A stretch of DNA of 63,973 nucleotides, filler included, from Olpidium bornovanus S191 (taxonomy: Eukaryota; Fungi; Olpidiomycota): assembly GCA_017911155.1 (NCBI GenBank). It is 23 parts of 23 records of this genome, joined end to end, with 100 filler letters (N's around TTAATTAATTAA, not from the genome) between each part and the next. Parts side by side here need not be neighbours in the genome. Positions count along the whole stretch, not along the records: positions 12,392 to 16,836 come from JAEFCI010001930.1; positions 16,937 to 18,298 come from JAEFCI010009103.1; positions 18,399 to 19,578 come from JAEFCI010009759.1; positions 19,679 to 23,891 come from JAEFCI010000126.1; 19 more parts are not named here. The stretch is one strand, 5' to 3'. Positions within the stretch are counted from its first letter, which is position 1; every line of letters starts with the position of its first letter. Shown here piece by piece: positions 12,430 to 22,281 of this stretch. The position numbers and the translations under genes were made by a program. The notes beneath the pieces were generated by a model. It worked only from the letters and a program-made list of their open reading frames with translations. It was not told the origin of the DNA and searched no databases.

Positions 12430-12630
12430 GGAACGTTGTGAGGAGAAGTTGTGCCGGAAAATCGTGACGGGAAAGATATTGCGCGAAGTTGGGATGGAAA
12501 AAGTGTGGCGGGAAGAAGTATGCCGAGAAGTTGTGACGCAAAAATGTAAGTGTGTCTGTCTCATGGAAAGTTGTGTCACCAAAAGTTGTGTTGGGAAAAG
12601 TGTGTCGCGCAAAAAATTGTGTGCGCAAGC
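12430..12630. repeat. Degenerate array with a period of about 14-15 bp (consensus near AAAGTTGTGNCGGGA)
   Basis: Successive units include gaagttgtgccgga, aaatcgtgacggga, aaagtgtggcggga, gaagttgtgacgca, gaaagttgtgtcacc, aaaagttgtgttggg, aaaagtgtgtcgcgc. Confidence 0.7.
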
Positions 12631-13569
12631 TTTCGCGGGAAGGCCATGACGGAATCCTCGCGGCAGATATGCGCCAGTGGACGGCCACGCCAACGCCAAA
12701 ACAAACTTCCGACAGCTTGGCAAACATAAAAGGCGGGCCCTGGCCGCTTGGAAAAATGAGTATCCCTCGGGAAAAAAAAGAAGAAAGAAAGACCAAAGAC
12801 GAAGGGCAAAAAAAACATGGCGCCGTTGTGGGCAAGAACGGCTCAGCTTGGCCCAAATGCAGTCTTTTTCGGCGACAGCTGGGGTGCTAAGGTCGGACAT
12901 CTGTTTGCCTTCCTTTCTCTCTCCTTTTTCCCTTTCTCCCTCTATGCCTCGGCGGCAGTTCTAAACGGGGTCCAGACACGTCGTTCTATTCTCTGAAACA
13001 ACTCGGCTCGGCGGCAAGTGCTCTCCTCTTCGGAGATGCGGCGGTGCAGGATCAAGTAGTGGCTAGGGCGGCAGGAGTTTGTGTGCAGGCGGGGTTTTAC
13101 GTGTAGTCTACTTTAATCACAGAACCCTGCCTCGCCGCGACACGTCGTCCTGCGCCCTTGCGGTGGGGCCCCCGTTGCCCGCTGAAGTACACACCGCCGC
13201 TACCAGGCAGTCTCGGCACTCTCTGATAATTGGTACCAATCAGAGGAGTGACCTGGAAGCTCAGAGAATACATTTCCATTCCGGAATTAGATGACGACAC
13301 CGCCGAGTCCTAGCTTGGCTTGACCCTCTTCGCAGCGCGCCTCCGCCACAGATAGGGCCCGACTGGGTTTTTCTTCCACACCGTGGCCAGAGCTTCCTAC
13401 TGCCATCACAGCGGCGACTCAGGCTGTGAACAAGTATTGGAATGTCACGGACATCTGGTCGGACAACGCCCGCAAAGGCTTGCAGATTAAGCTTGAAGTG
13501 CATGCGCATGTCATCAGCTTATGGACTCTGCCCACGCCTGTGAGGGGCGACACGTCCTGATGGGGGAGG

Positions 13570-13780
13570 GTCTCAGCTTATGCACGGGTGCTGGCCTTCA
13601 GATGGTTGGCCACCGCGCGGAGGGCTAAGCCCGTGGTATGGTCTGAGAATTCCATCGAAGAGTTGTCGTCAACCCTCCAACGAGCTCACATGTTCAGCAG
13701 CTTACGCTCGGTCGCAGGCCTTCGGCGGCTGGCCACCGCGCGAGGAGCTAAGCCCGGGGTATGTTCTGTGAGCTTTTTTG
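13570..13780. repeat. Imperfect direct repeat of about 75 bp, period about 123 bp
   Basis: cagcttatgcacgggtgctggccttcagatggttggccaccgcgcggagggctaagcccgtggtatggtctg versus cagcttacgctcggtcgcaggccttcggcggctggccaccgcgcgaggagctaagcccggggtatgttctg. Confidence 0.85.
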
Positions 13781-14261
13781 AAAAGGCGGCATGGCCTGTC
13801 GTGGCCAACGACTCCTGTGCCCGATTTGCCTTTGCATGGAAGCTAATTTTTAAACATATCGCTCGCGCAGATCCTCTTTCAAGCCTTGGAGGGCATCACG
13901 CTGCCCGCGGCTCTCGAGGTCCTCCTCGCCGACCGTGAAGGGTTGCAAGCTTGGGGTGAGGCGCCGGTCGGGTGGCTGCCCGAGCGCCCTGTCTGGGCAA
14001 GTTTTGGCACCCTGCTGGGCCATCGTGTGGAACACTTTCCAAGGGTGTGAGGGGCCTGGGGTGCGCGGGCAAAACCTGGGGGCCAGAAGGCACCCGTTAT
14101 GCGTCGGCGAGGGGCTCCAGTATGTTTTGCCATTTCACACAACGCAGCTCTTCGTTCCTGGTGCCTGAGGAAATTCATGTCGAGCTTGCCGGCCCCCCGC
14201 CGTCGGCTGAGTGCGTCTCTCTGGAAGGCCTGAAGAACCTTGACCCTGGCGCTGCATCCGC

Positions 14262-15020
14262 CAGTGTTGGATCTTCGATGAGGCGACAATGGCTGTGGTC
14301 GGTGGCTTTTGCCGCAACTTGGCGACAGCCTCGACCTCTAACAGCTAATTTCGCCGTTGTCAGGTCCTCCTCGCCTCACAGCTGGGGGTGAGCCGGAGCA
14401 CTTGCCGGCAGCACATCGCCGTCAGGAAGATGGCAGGGTTCGGCTTGGGAAGCCCTCACGGGGGGCGGGAGCCCTATCAGTACCTCGCCAAGCTCACCCT
14501 TCACAAGGAGCCTGAGGGGTTGGCCATGCGGGCGAACTGTGCAGCGCAGCACGGGCTTGTGCGTGGAGTTCCTCGCCCATATGGAGGTGCACGACTCGTG
14601 CCTGATTGACGAGTTGGCCGAATTTCCCCGGGCATTTCCCAATCTGCCGCCGCCAATGTGGGAAGCCCACAATCATCAGGAAGGAATTCTTTTCCCTATT
14701 TAAAAGAGCCTTGGGCCCGGTGGCCGGTATATCGCTCTACCACCGCTTGCACACTTCTTTAGCAGCCGCGCATGCACATCAGCAATGACGCCAAACACCT
14801 GTGCCTGGCATGCTGCATGGAGGTGCCGGGCATCGCCGGCGGCGAATTCGTCATCCCGGCGTGCGGCGTCCATTTTGCTTTGGAAGACAACAAGCTTTTC
14901 TTTTTCGCCAATCAAGAGCCTCACGGCACCACGGTCATGGACTTTCCAGAAAACCATGAGGGGCGCCTCACGATGGCGCATGCCATCTCACAGCGGTTGT
15001 GGTCGTTTGTCATGACAAGG
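14262..15020 (+). pseudogene. Decayed TET/JBP-like 2OG-Fe(II) dioxygenase
   Basis: Ordered motifs CWIFDEAT..., KMAGFG, TTACTLL*QPRMHISND, GGEFVIPACGVHF, EPHGT, GRLTMAHAISQRL match the layout I recall for fungal Tet-like DSBH domains. In-frame stops at 14346, 14607 and 14760, with probable frameshifts. The HxD motif reads HIS. Confidence 0.62.
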
Positions 15021-15364
15021 GGATTTGGGCCGGCACCTGGTTCAAGGTGCTCTGAACTTTCAGGTAATGATGGTAACCTCAGGCACTCTGAGCCTGCGGG
15101 CGATGATCGCACCGCATCCCCAAGGACGTGACAGACGCCGACCAAGACACGCGATTGGCCGACCCATCTTTAGTTTAAAGCAAGGTGAGTTTATCAAAGC
15201 CCCAAACACGGCAACTGCTTCTTGGGCATTAGCTAACACTCCGGCATCCTCCCACATAGTTTCTGTGGCATCGAAGCCCAACCAGAGGACAAGGTACTGC
15301 CGTCTGCCTCGGTGCATTCATTTCCCGGAGATTTTCTCCACCTCACACTTGTCGCTTTCATCTT

Positions 15365-15760
15365 TCACTTGCCGGTTAATGTTTTAATTGGCGCCAGGAT
15401 CAATGAGCTCCTGAGGACAGAGACGTAGAAGATCGGATGGAGACGGAGTCGTGCAGGAAGTTCGAGTGCGTAGTTCCCCTTCCCCTCTTGCCTGAGCACC
15501 CTGACGTCAGGTCGTTTATAAAGGGTGCACATGAAGCCGTTTGACGCTGGGCGACCTTTGGTGAAGTTTTCAAAGGTCGTTTATAAAGGGTGCATATGAA
15601 GCCGTTTGACGCTGGGCGACCTTTGGTGAAATTTTCAAAGATGTCGGAATTGGTCCATTGCACGGTCACGCTGGTGCCTTCGACGAAATCACCAATAAGC
15701 TGGCATCCGTCGCCGGCTGCGTTAAACTGGCTGGTGGATTCCACGCCGGAACCGATGATT
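15365..15760 (-). mobile_element. Ty3/gypsy LTR-retrotransposon integrase C-terminal (Tf2-like SH3/GPY-F region) remnant
   Basis: With one copy of the 65-bp duplication removed, the frame reads DFVEGTSVTVQW...LYKRPDVRVLRQEGKGNYALELPARLRLHPIFYVSVLR. This matches the gypsy consensus F.vGD.V...GPf.V....g...Y.LeLP...riHpvFhVS.L. Confidence 0.75.
15511..15640. repeat. 65-bp near-perfect tandem duplication that frameshifts the gypsy remnant
   Basis: gtcgtttataaagggtgca[c/t]atgaagccgtttgacgctgggcgacctttggtgaa[g/a]ttttcaaag at 15511-15575 and 15576-15640; two mismatches. Confidence 0.96.
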
Positions 15761-15829
15761 TTAGTGATGATTTTAGCGATGATTTTAGCGCGGCGGCCCA
15801 ACCAAAGGCAAAACCTGGTGCCACATGAC

Positions 15830-16146
15830 CCGGCAGGTGAGTTGAGGCCAAGGCGAGGAGACGATCTGGAGGCAGTGGACGGCCGACGCATAGGATCCCG
15901 AACGGCCGCCGGACCGCGGGAGATGAGACCACGGCCCGATCTCGGAGGTCGCCACGCCCTCACGCTGCCATCAGCGAAGCTTGCGGCCAGGACCGGCCGG
16001 CCGTCGTGCGCCGGGGCGAGGTGCAGGCACAGGGCGGGAAGGCACAAAAGGTCCCGCAAACGTACAGGGTGACGCCGGTCTCCATCCGCCACATTCGGGC
16101 GGTGCTGTCCCCGCGACGACGAGACCAGGAGATCGCCGCTGTCGAC
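15830..16146 (-). pseudogene. Frameshifted WD40-repeat exon relic
   Basis: After an AG acceptor: LLVSSSR / DSTARMWRMETGVTLYV / ...VLAASFADGSVRAW / DLRDRAVV / SAVHCLQIV. The WD40 motifs are spread over three frames, which needs several single-base indels. Confidence 0.6.
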
Positions 16147-16497
16147 CTGGTTATTTTTTGTTGTTGTTCTTATCGTTGGCGTTGTCTTCGCACGAGCGGC
16201 GCGGCGAGCGGTGCAGCCGAACACGGGCGGGGGCGGGAATTCAATCAACCAATCAACAGGGGAGAAAAGAGAGAGAGCGCGAGGCGGCGGGGGGCGAGTG
16301 GACGCCCGGCGGCGGAATCGCGACTGGCTTCGGCCCCTTCCCCCCCCCCCCACCGCCAACCGCCTCAAACCCTTTTGCCCCTCAAGGATAAAAAAGGAAA
16401 TCTAAGAAAAAAGGCGTCTTCAGCTCAATCTCTCTCGGAAGGAGGAAAGAGAGCCAGCGCCGCCGCCACCGCCCCCCTTTTCCCCCGCCACCACCAC

Positions 16498-16650
16498 ATG
16501 GTGGCATCCTCCCTTCCCATGGCGGCCTCTTTCGCGGCGGTGGACGACTCGGCGTTCCTTCCCCCACTGAACGCGGTGCTGAACCCGGACGAGCACACGC
16601 TGAACCCTCTGCTGACAGACGAAAAGCAGAAGCAGCTCAACAAAGACAAG
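16498..16650 (+). CDS. First coding exon of a truncated gene, weakly RIIAD1-like
   Basis: ATG at 16498, MVASSLPMAASF...NPLLTDEKQKQLNKDK, then GT donor at 16651. The resemblance is to the segment preceding IQTRIANE in RIIAD1, from memory only. Confidence 0.3.
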
Positions 16651-16948
16651 GTGGGGCGCGTGTGCCCGCGGGGAAAGGGGGGGAAGGGAGGGCCGGCAGG
16701 CATCTAAACATTTTTTTGTTTTCGCGTAGCATTATTTTTTTCCTTGTGAAACGTCACATCACAACACACGCATGTGCACGTGGAGCCCTTCCCCCGGCCC
16801 GAACAAAAAACCCGTCCTGTCATCGCTTTCCCCCGANNNNNNNNNNNNNNNNNNNNNNNNNNNNNNNNNNNNNNNNNNNNTTAATTAATTAANNNNNNNN
16901 NNNNNNNNNNNNNNNNNNNNNNNNNNNNNNNNNNNNAACCCCCCCCCC

Positions 16949-18230
16949 TTATCCCCCCCCCCCCCCCCCCCCCCCGGCACAGCAAGGACGCGGAAAATTC
17001 CGAAGGTCGGGACGCGGGCGCACCAGGCCTTTTTCCGAAAGGGCCGCTGCGGCATGCGTCATGTCCTGCGAGTCGGCCCTGCGGACGAACGTGTCGTAAC
17101 GTGCCTCGTCGTCCGTCGACGCCAGGGCGGCTTGCGACCGCACGAGCGGCGGGGAGAGCTCAAGTGATTTGTGGTACACCTCGACAGTGCGGGCGTCGTA
17201 CGTGTGCGCGTACGTGTCGTCCGAGTCCCTCTTCTCGACGATCTCCACGTGCTTTTTCTTGCCGGATCCCTCAGACGACGACCACTGGTTTCGCTGTGAG
17301 AAGGTTGGCGAGGGAGGAGGGGGGGCGGGGGACGGTCGTCGGCGTAGCAGTTAGTCAATGACCGCGTGTATCCTCGAGCCCGCAACGAACAAACGCGGGA
17401 ACGAAAACGTAAGAAGTGTAACGTGTCCGCGTGTGTGTGTGTTTGTGGGGGGTGGGACGTCCCGTTGGGGGGGGGGGAATCATGGTCCCGCGGTGTACCA
17501 GTCTCTCCGCCCCTGGAGCCGGTTCGTACGACGCCGTCTTATCCGCCGCTCTCAGAACCAGACGGCGCGCTTACCGCACGAGGTTCGCCGGCGCTTTGGA
17601 CCGACGCAGCCGCAAACGGTCCGTCGCCTGCGGACGAGACCTTCGGCCGCCGCGTACCGGCCGCCGGTTCCTGAGCAAGTGCGCCGATTTTGGCGGAAAC
17701 GTTCTCGGACGCGGCGAGCTCTCCCTGGCGGGAGGAGCTGCCGCCGGCGCGGCCGTTCGACGACTGCTGCTGCTCTATCGCGGTCTCGAAGGACGCGCGC
17801 CGCGCCGAGACCAGGGAGCCCGCCGACCTCCTCCCTGGCTCGTTCCTCCTGCCTTCCACCGACCGTCCCATGTTTTCGAGCGACCCTGCCGACCTCTTCG
17901 TCTCGCCGTTACTCGCCGAAATCTCCGTTTCGTACTTGCTCAGGCGCTCCCGCAGGGAGGGCGCCGCGTTCAGTGAGGGCGACGAACCGCCGCCGCCCGT
18001 CGTCGCGGCGGCGCGGTAGTTGCCGCCGCCGCCTCCCGGTTGCGCACGCTGCCTGCCGAAAGGTTCAACGTTGGACGTGCTTCCCGCGATCTGCGCGGCC
18101 GCAGCCAACGCCCCCGGCACCGGCTGCTGCCGGCCTGGTGCCGCTGCTGCCGGCACCGCCTGGATGGTCTCGGCGCCGGCCGCCCCGAGCCCGCCGGGTT
18201 TCTCCCATTTGTTCTTGTGAGGCTCGCTGC
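16949..18230 (-). CDS. Hypothetical low-complexity protein fragment (at least two exons)
   Basis: Coding-like frames ...SLRERLSKYETEIS... (17539-18156) and ...EIVEKRDSDDTYAHTYDARTVEVYHKSLE... (16949-17248). No family recognised. Confidence 0.4.
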
Positions 18231-18264
18231 CGAAGCCCGAATTGTAATCTTGAAGAAACGGAAG

Positions 18265-18298
<34 letters not shown>

Positions 18299-18417
18299 NN
18301 NNNNNNNNNNNNNNNNNNNNNNNNNNNNNNNNNNNNNNNNNNTTAATTAATTAANNNNNNNNNNNNNNNNNNNNNNNNNNNNNNNNNNNNNNNNNNNNCC
18401 CCCCCCCCCCCCCCCCG

Positions 18418-18502
<85 letters not shown>

Positions 18503-18747
18503 GGGGGGGGGACGCTTTCTCCTCGAGGAAGAGGGCGGGAAAGGCAAAAAAACAAAAACAAAAAAAACGCGTCGTGCCAAGGGCGTGGGGGTTTGTGTCA
18601 CGCGCCGGAGACGAAAACCATAACAAGAAAATACGGCCGGACGTATATGTCGCCCCTCGTGCGCCTATGCAGCTGTGGTTTGGATTCCTTTACCCCGCGG
18701 GGAAGATGGAGGGGGAGGGGAGAGTGTCGGTCGTCCCCCCTCCCCCG

Positions 18748-19578
18748 TCATCGGCCCGTTTCTCCCTTCTTCGGCCCCGCTTCGGCCTGGAGCGACGCCC
18801 TGCCCGGGGCCGGCGGCCCTGCCCGGTCGTACCCGTAGCCGTTGCCGGCCGCCGCCACAACGGCCGCCGCCGCCGCGGCGTTCACGTTGATCTGCTCCGC
18901 CTCCGGTACGGTTTGCCTCGGGGCGCGTTCCTTGCGCCGCGCGCGCCCGCCGCCGCTTGAGCCCCTCGACGCCGGTCCCCCGACAACCCCGGCGGGCCCG
19001 GCGCTCGTGTGGTAGTTCGAACGCTGGTGGAAGGCCCGCTTGTTGTCGGCCCGGCTGCGTCCCGCTCCGGACGGGGGGAGCGCGCCCGCCGCGCTGTGGA
19101 GGGCTTTTTTGGACGCCGGCGCGTTGGCGTGAAGCTCGTGCAAGCGTCCGCCGCGGGCGCTGCTTCGTTCCTGCGGGCCGCCCGCGGGAAGAGGGGGGGG
19201 GAGGGAGTGGGGTGGCGGCGGCGGGTGGCGGAGGCGTGTCGGGCGCGGGGCGCGTCGTCAACCTTCTCTCGCGGGCGAACCGTCACCGGGCGTTCGCTTT
19301 TCAGCAGGGCGTTTCGTACCTTCCACCTCGCCGTCACGCTGGGGTGGTGCCAGTCGAAAACGAGATCTTCCCTTTCGCCGAGCCTTTCCAGGACGTTGGC
19401 AAACAACGAGGACAGGTAGTCGTAACGAGGGTCGTCCTCGAATTTGAGGGACCGCACGTAGTGGAGGTAATCCGCAAACTCCTGCGGGTACCCCGCGCAC
19501 AGGTCGTCGATCGGCGTGGCTCGCTTCTTCGCGCCGATCATCTCGTTTCTCTCGGCGTTCGTCTCCGCGTTCATGCCC
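18748..19578 (-). CDS. Casein kinase 1 family, C-terminal part (Yck/CK1-gamma-like)
   Basis: MIGAKKRATPIDDLCAGYPQEFADYLHYVRSLKFEDDPRYDYLSSLF...DLVFDW is the end of a CK1 kinase domain, followed by a spliced low-complexity tail. 5' end truncated by the linker. Confidence 0.86.
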
Positions 19579-19678
19579 NNNNNNNNNNNNNNNNNNNNNN
19601 NNNNNNNNNNNNNNNNNNNNNNTTAATTAATTAANNNNNNNNNNNNNNNNNNNNNNNNNNNNNNNNNNNNNNNNNNNN

Positions 19679-21600
19679 CACTGCGGCTACCGTGGCGGCA
19701 GGTTTGCATACCCTCTCAGCCGCCAATCCCGCATCACCCGGCAACTCCCGAATGCGGGATCCAGTGGGCATCTCGTCTACTACAGTCACCTCAATGGGCT
19801 TCTCACCCGTGTCGACCATTTCGGCCGTAGCGACGGTGTCAACCGGCATCTCGCCGTCGACGACCGTTTTATCCATGCTGAGGGTGTCAGCCGGCATCTC
19901 GCCGTCGCCAACCTCGGCCTCAGCCGGCATCTCGCCGGCAACCTCCATGTGTGAAACACCACTGGCCTCCACTGGAACACCATCATAAGGGGCGCCTCAC
20001 GGAATATTATCTGCGGGCAAAAAGAAAAAAGTATTTTTTTTATCCAACTCTATATGAGCCCCCGCGGGCCCAGCTTGGCCCGCTTCCTATGCTGGGGCAC
20101 CTCGTCTCCTGCCGCCGCCGCGACTGCGCCCTCTAAACGGGCCGCTGCTGGCAGGCGGGTGTGCCACTGCCGCTGGCGGGGCAGGCGCTGCGGTATTGCC
20201 TGCAGCGGCACTCTGTGCCGGAGGCACCCAGCCGTGGGCCGCCAGCCGTGGGCCGCCCGCCATGGCACTCAGAAGCCTCCTCGGCCTCTTCTTCCACGGC
20301 CTCTGCCGCCGCGTCCTCGCGCATCTTGCGCGGCGACCGCCCTTATTGCGGCCTTGTACTTCCTGAGGCCGGCTCCTGCGCCGCCTTCTGCCCTGTGCAT
20401 GTATACACAGTTTTTGCGGCAACAGCCGCGCTCCTCGAGCTCGAACAGACAAAGCTCGTCCGCTCGGTCTGCCTTCTCGACGCGCTCGCGTTTGTCACCG
20501 GTAATGATGACCGGCTGCGCCGCTTCTCGCGTCGCGCTTCTCGCCCCTGGGGATCTTCTTCGTGTTCTCGCTCCTGGCGAGTAACAGCTTCCTGCCGGGG
20601 GGCAACTCGGCCGCCCGCACGTAGGAAAAGGGCGTCCCCAGTGATGCGCCGACTACGCTCTTGTCGCTTCCCGGTCCCCTGCCGCCTGGGCAAGAAGCTG
20701 TCGCTCCTATTCACGCAACTGCGCGAACACGCGGTCTCGTTCAGCCCCTAACTGGCGTAGACCGTCAGCGGCAGCCACATCAATGGCAGCCTGCCGCTCC
20801 CGCTCCTTTCGAGCGAGTTCCTCGGTTACTCGCCGAGCGGCTGCCGCAATCTCCGCATCTCACTGGAGAACGGCGAGCCTCTTCTGGTGTTGTTCCAACT
20901 GCCGCTGGAGCAGGAGGCGAGTTGCCTCCAACTTTTTTTGCGCCGCTTGCGCAATCTTGTTGCCCATCCTAATTGGAGGAACGTTGGCAACGTCGAAGTC
21001 AAGGTTAGACTCCGTACCCTGAGCAACCATTGTCACATCCGGGTAGTTTCCTTTCCCATCGCTGATGGAACAGCGCTCACTAGCGCTTTCGTCTTCCGTC
21101 AAACGCGGCATCTGCATCGCCGCCATTTGCATGGGCAGTGCCATCTCGGCACTCTGCGCCTCCACTTCGGCGCTCCAGCTCTGCGTCGTTGGGGCGTTCT
21201 GTGCCGCCGCCGCGGCACTCTCCACCGCCGCGGCGTTCTCCGCCGCCCATTGCGGGGCGCAGTGCCATCTCGGCGCTCCTTCTGGCGGCTGTACTTACTC
21301 TAAGTGTTCTCGGGGCGCGGCGCCATCTCGGCGCTCCTTCTGGCGGCACTCTGTGCCGCCGCAGCGGCACTTTCCGCCGCCGCGGCCCTCTGCGCCGCCA
21401 TCTCGGGGCGCCGCACCATCTCGGCGCGTTTTCTCTCTCTCCGGACGGGAACGCAGTTCCCGCGGGGCCGCCTCTCGCAGACCCCTAAAGCAACCCCCGG
21501 CTCTCGCCGGGCGGAATGCGCCTCTCGCGCTTCCTCCAACCGCGGGGTGTTAACCTGCTCGGACGTACGGGTACTACTACGGGCAGCCGCCCGAGACTCG
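19679..21600 (-). pseudogene. Decayed ORF: Ala/Ser repeats, coiled coil, single CCCH finger, RG-rich segment, GEMP repeats
   Basis: AQKKLEATRLLLQRQLEQHQKRLAVLQ*DAEIAAAARRVTEELARKERERQ...FAQLRE* (stops near 20860, 20707, 20653). CLFELEERGCCRKNCVYMH at 20395-20451, followed by RGRGGRGRGRRGRGG, and GEMP x3 at 19780-19950. Confidence 0.52.
21120..21430. repeat. Degenerate internal repeats (gccatctcggc-containing units, x4-5)
   Basis: gtgccatctcggcactct, gtgccatctcggcgctccttctggcggc, gcgccatctcggcgctccttctggcggc, caccatctcggcgc; these encode SAEMA / AAQSAA on the minus strand. Confidence 0.8.
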
Positions 21601-21791
21601 ACGTAAACCTGGGCTTGCCGGCCACGAGGTCTCCGCGTGATGCGGGAAGAAATGCGCTTGCGCGCCTTGCCGACGGAATGGACGGGTAGGTGATGGTGTT
21701 TGCGAGGGGGATGGGGATGGCGACCGGGGAAGGACCCGATTCTTTACCACATGTTGGGGGTGTGTGGAACCCGGGCGGAATCCGGACGGAG

Positions 21792-21827
21792 CCGGGTTCC
21801 CACCCGGACCCGGGTTCCCACCCGGAC
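21792..21827. repeat. 18-bp perfect tandem duplication
   Basis: ccgggttcccacccggac occurs twice. Confidence 0.95.
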
Positions 21828-22281
21828 CATAGGTCGTTTACCACCCCCGAGGCCAACACAGCCCCGGAGGCCACCGCCCCGGGGCCAACACAGCCCCGAG
21901 GGACCCACTGGGTCCGCCCTGCTACTGCATGGCGCTAGTTCACTGCCTAATACAATAGCCCGTAAGGGCGTTCGTCTATCTTTATCTATGGCTCACCATG
22001 GGAACTCGGTGTCTCGCGGAGTGGCCCCCACCACTGACCCTATTTTATATGACGGGGAACTAAAACCTCTACAAAGGGGCAACGGCTGCGTGCAGTGCGT
22101 CTCCGCCCCTGGCGCCCCTTTATTTCCAACACCGCCTCCCATCCCCACCTCCCCCCCTTCCCCAACACGTATAAAGAAGGCAAGACTGTGGCGCCAACAA
22201 CCCTCCCCAGCTTGTTCGCCAGCAACGGCGGACGCGCCAGGCACCCCCCGGTCCTCGCTTGCTCCTCATCCAAACGAACCC

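Noticed and set aside
21730-21760. TGTGGTAAAGAATCGGG on the minus strand as an LTR end plus primer-binding site
   Set aside because: Its complement does not fit tRNA 3'-end geometry (no C at position 61), and no second LTR is visible.
21700-22281. Upstream extension of the 499-aa ORF as part of the secreted protein
   Set aside because: The extension is low-complexity promoter-like sequence, and the signal peptide begins at the internal ATG at 22282.
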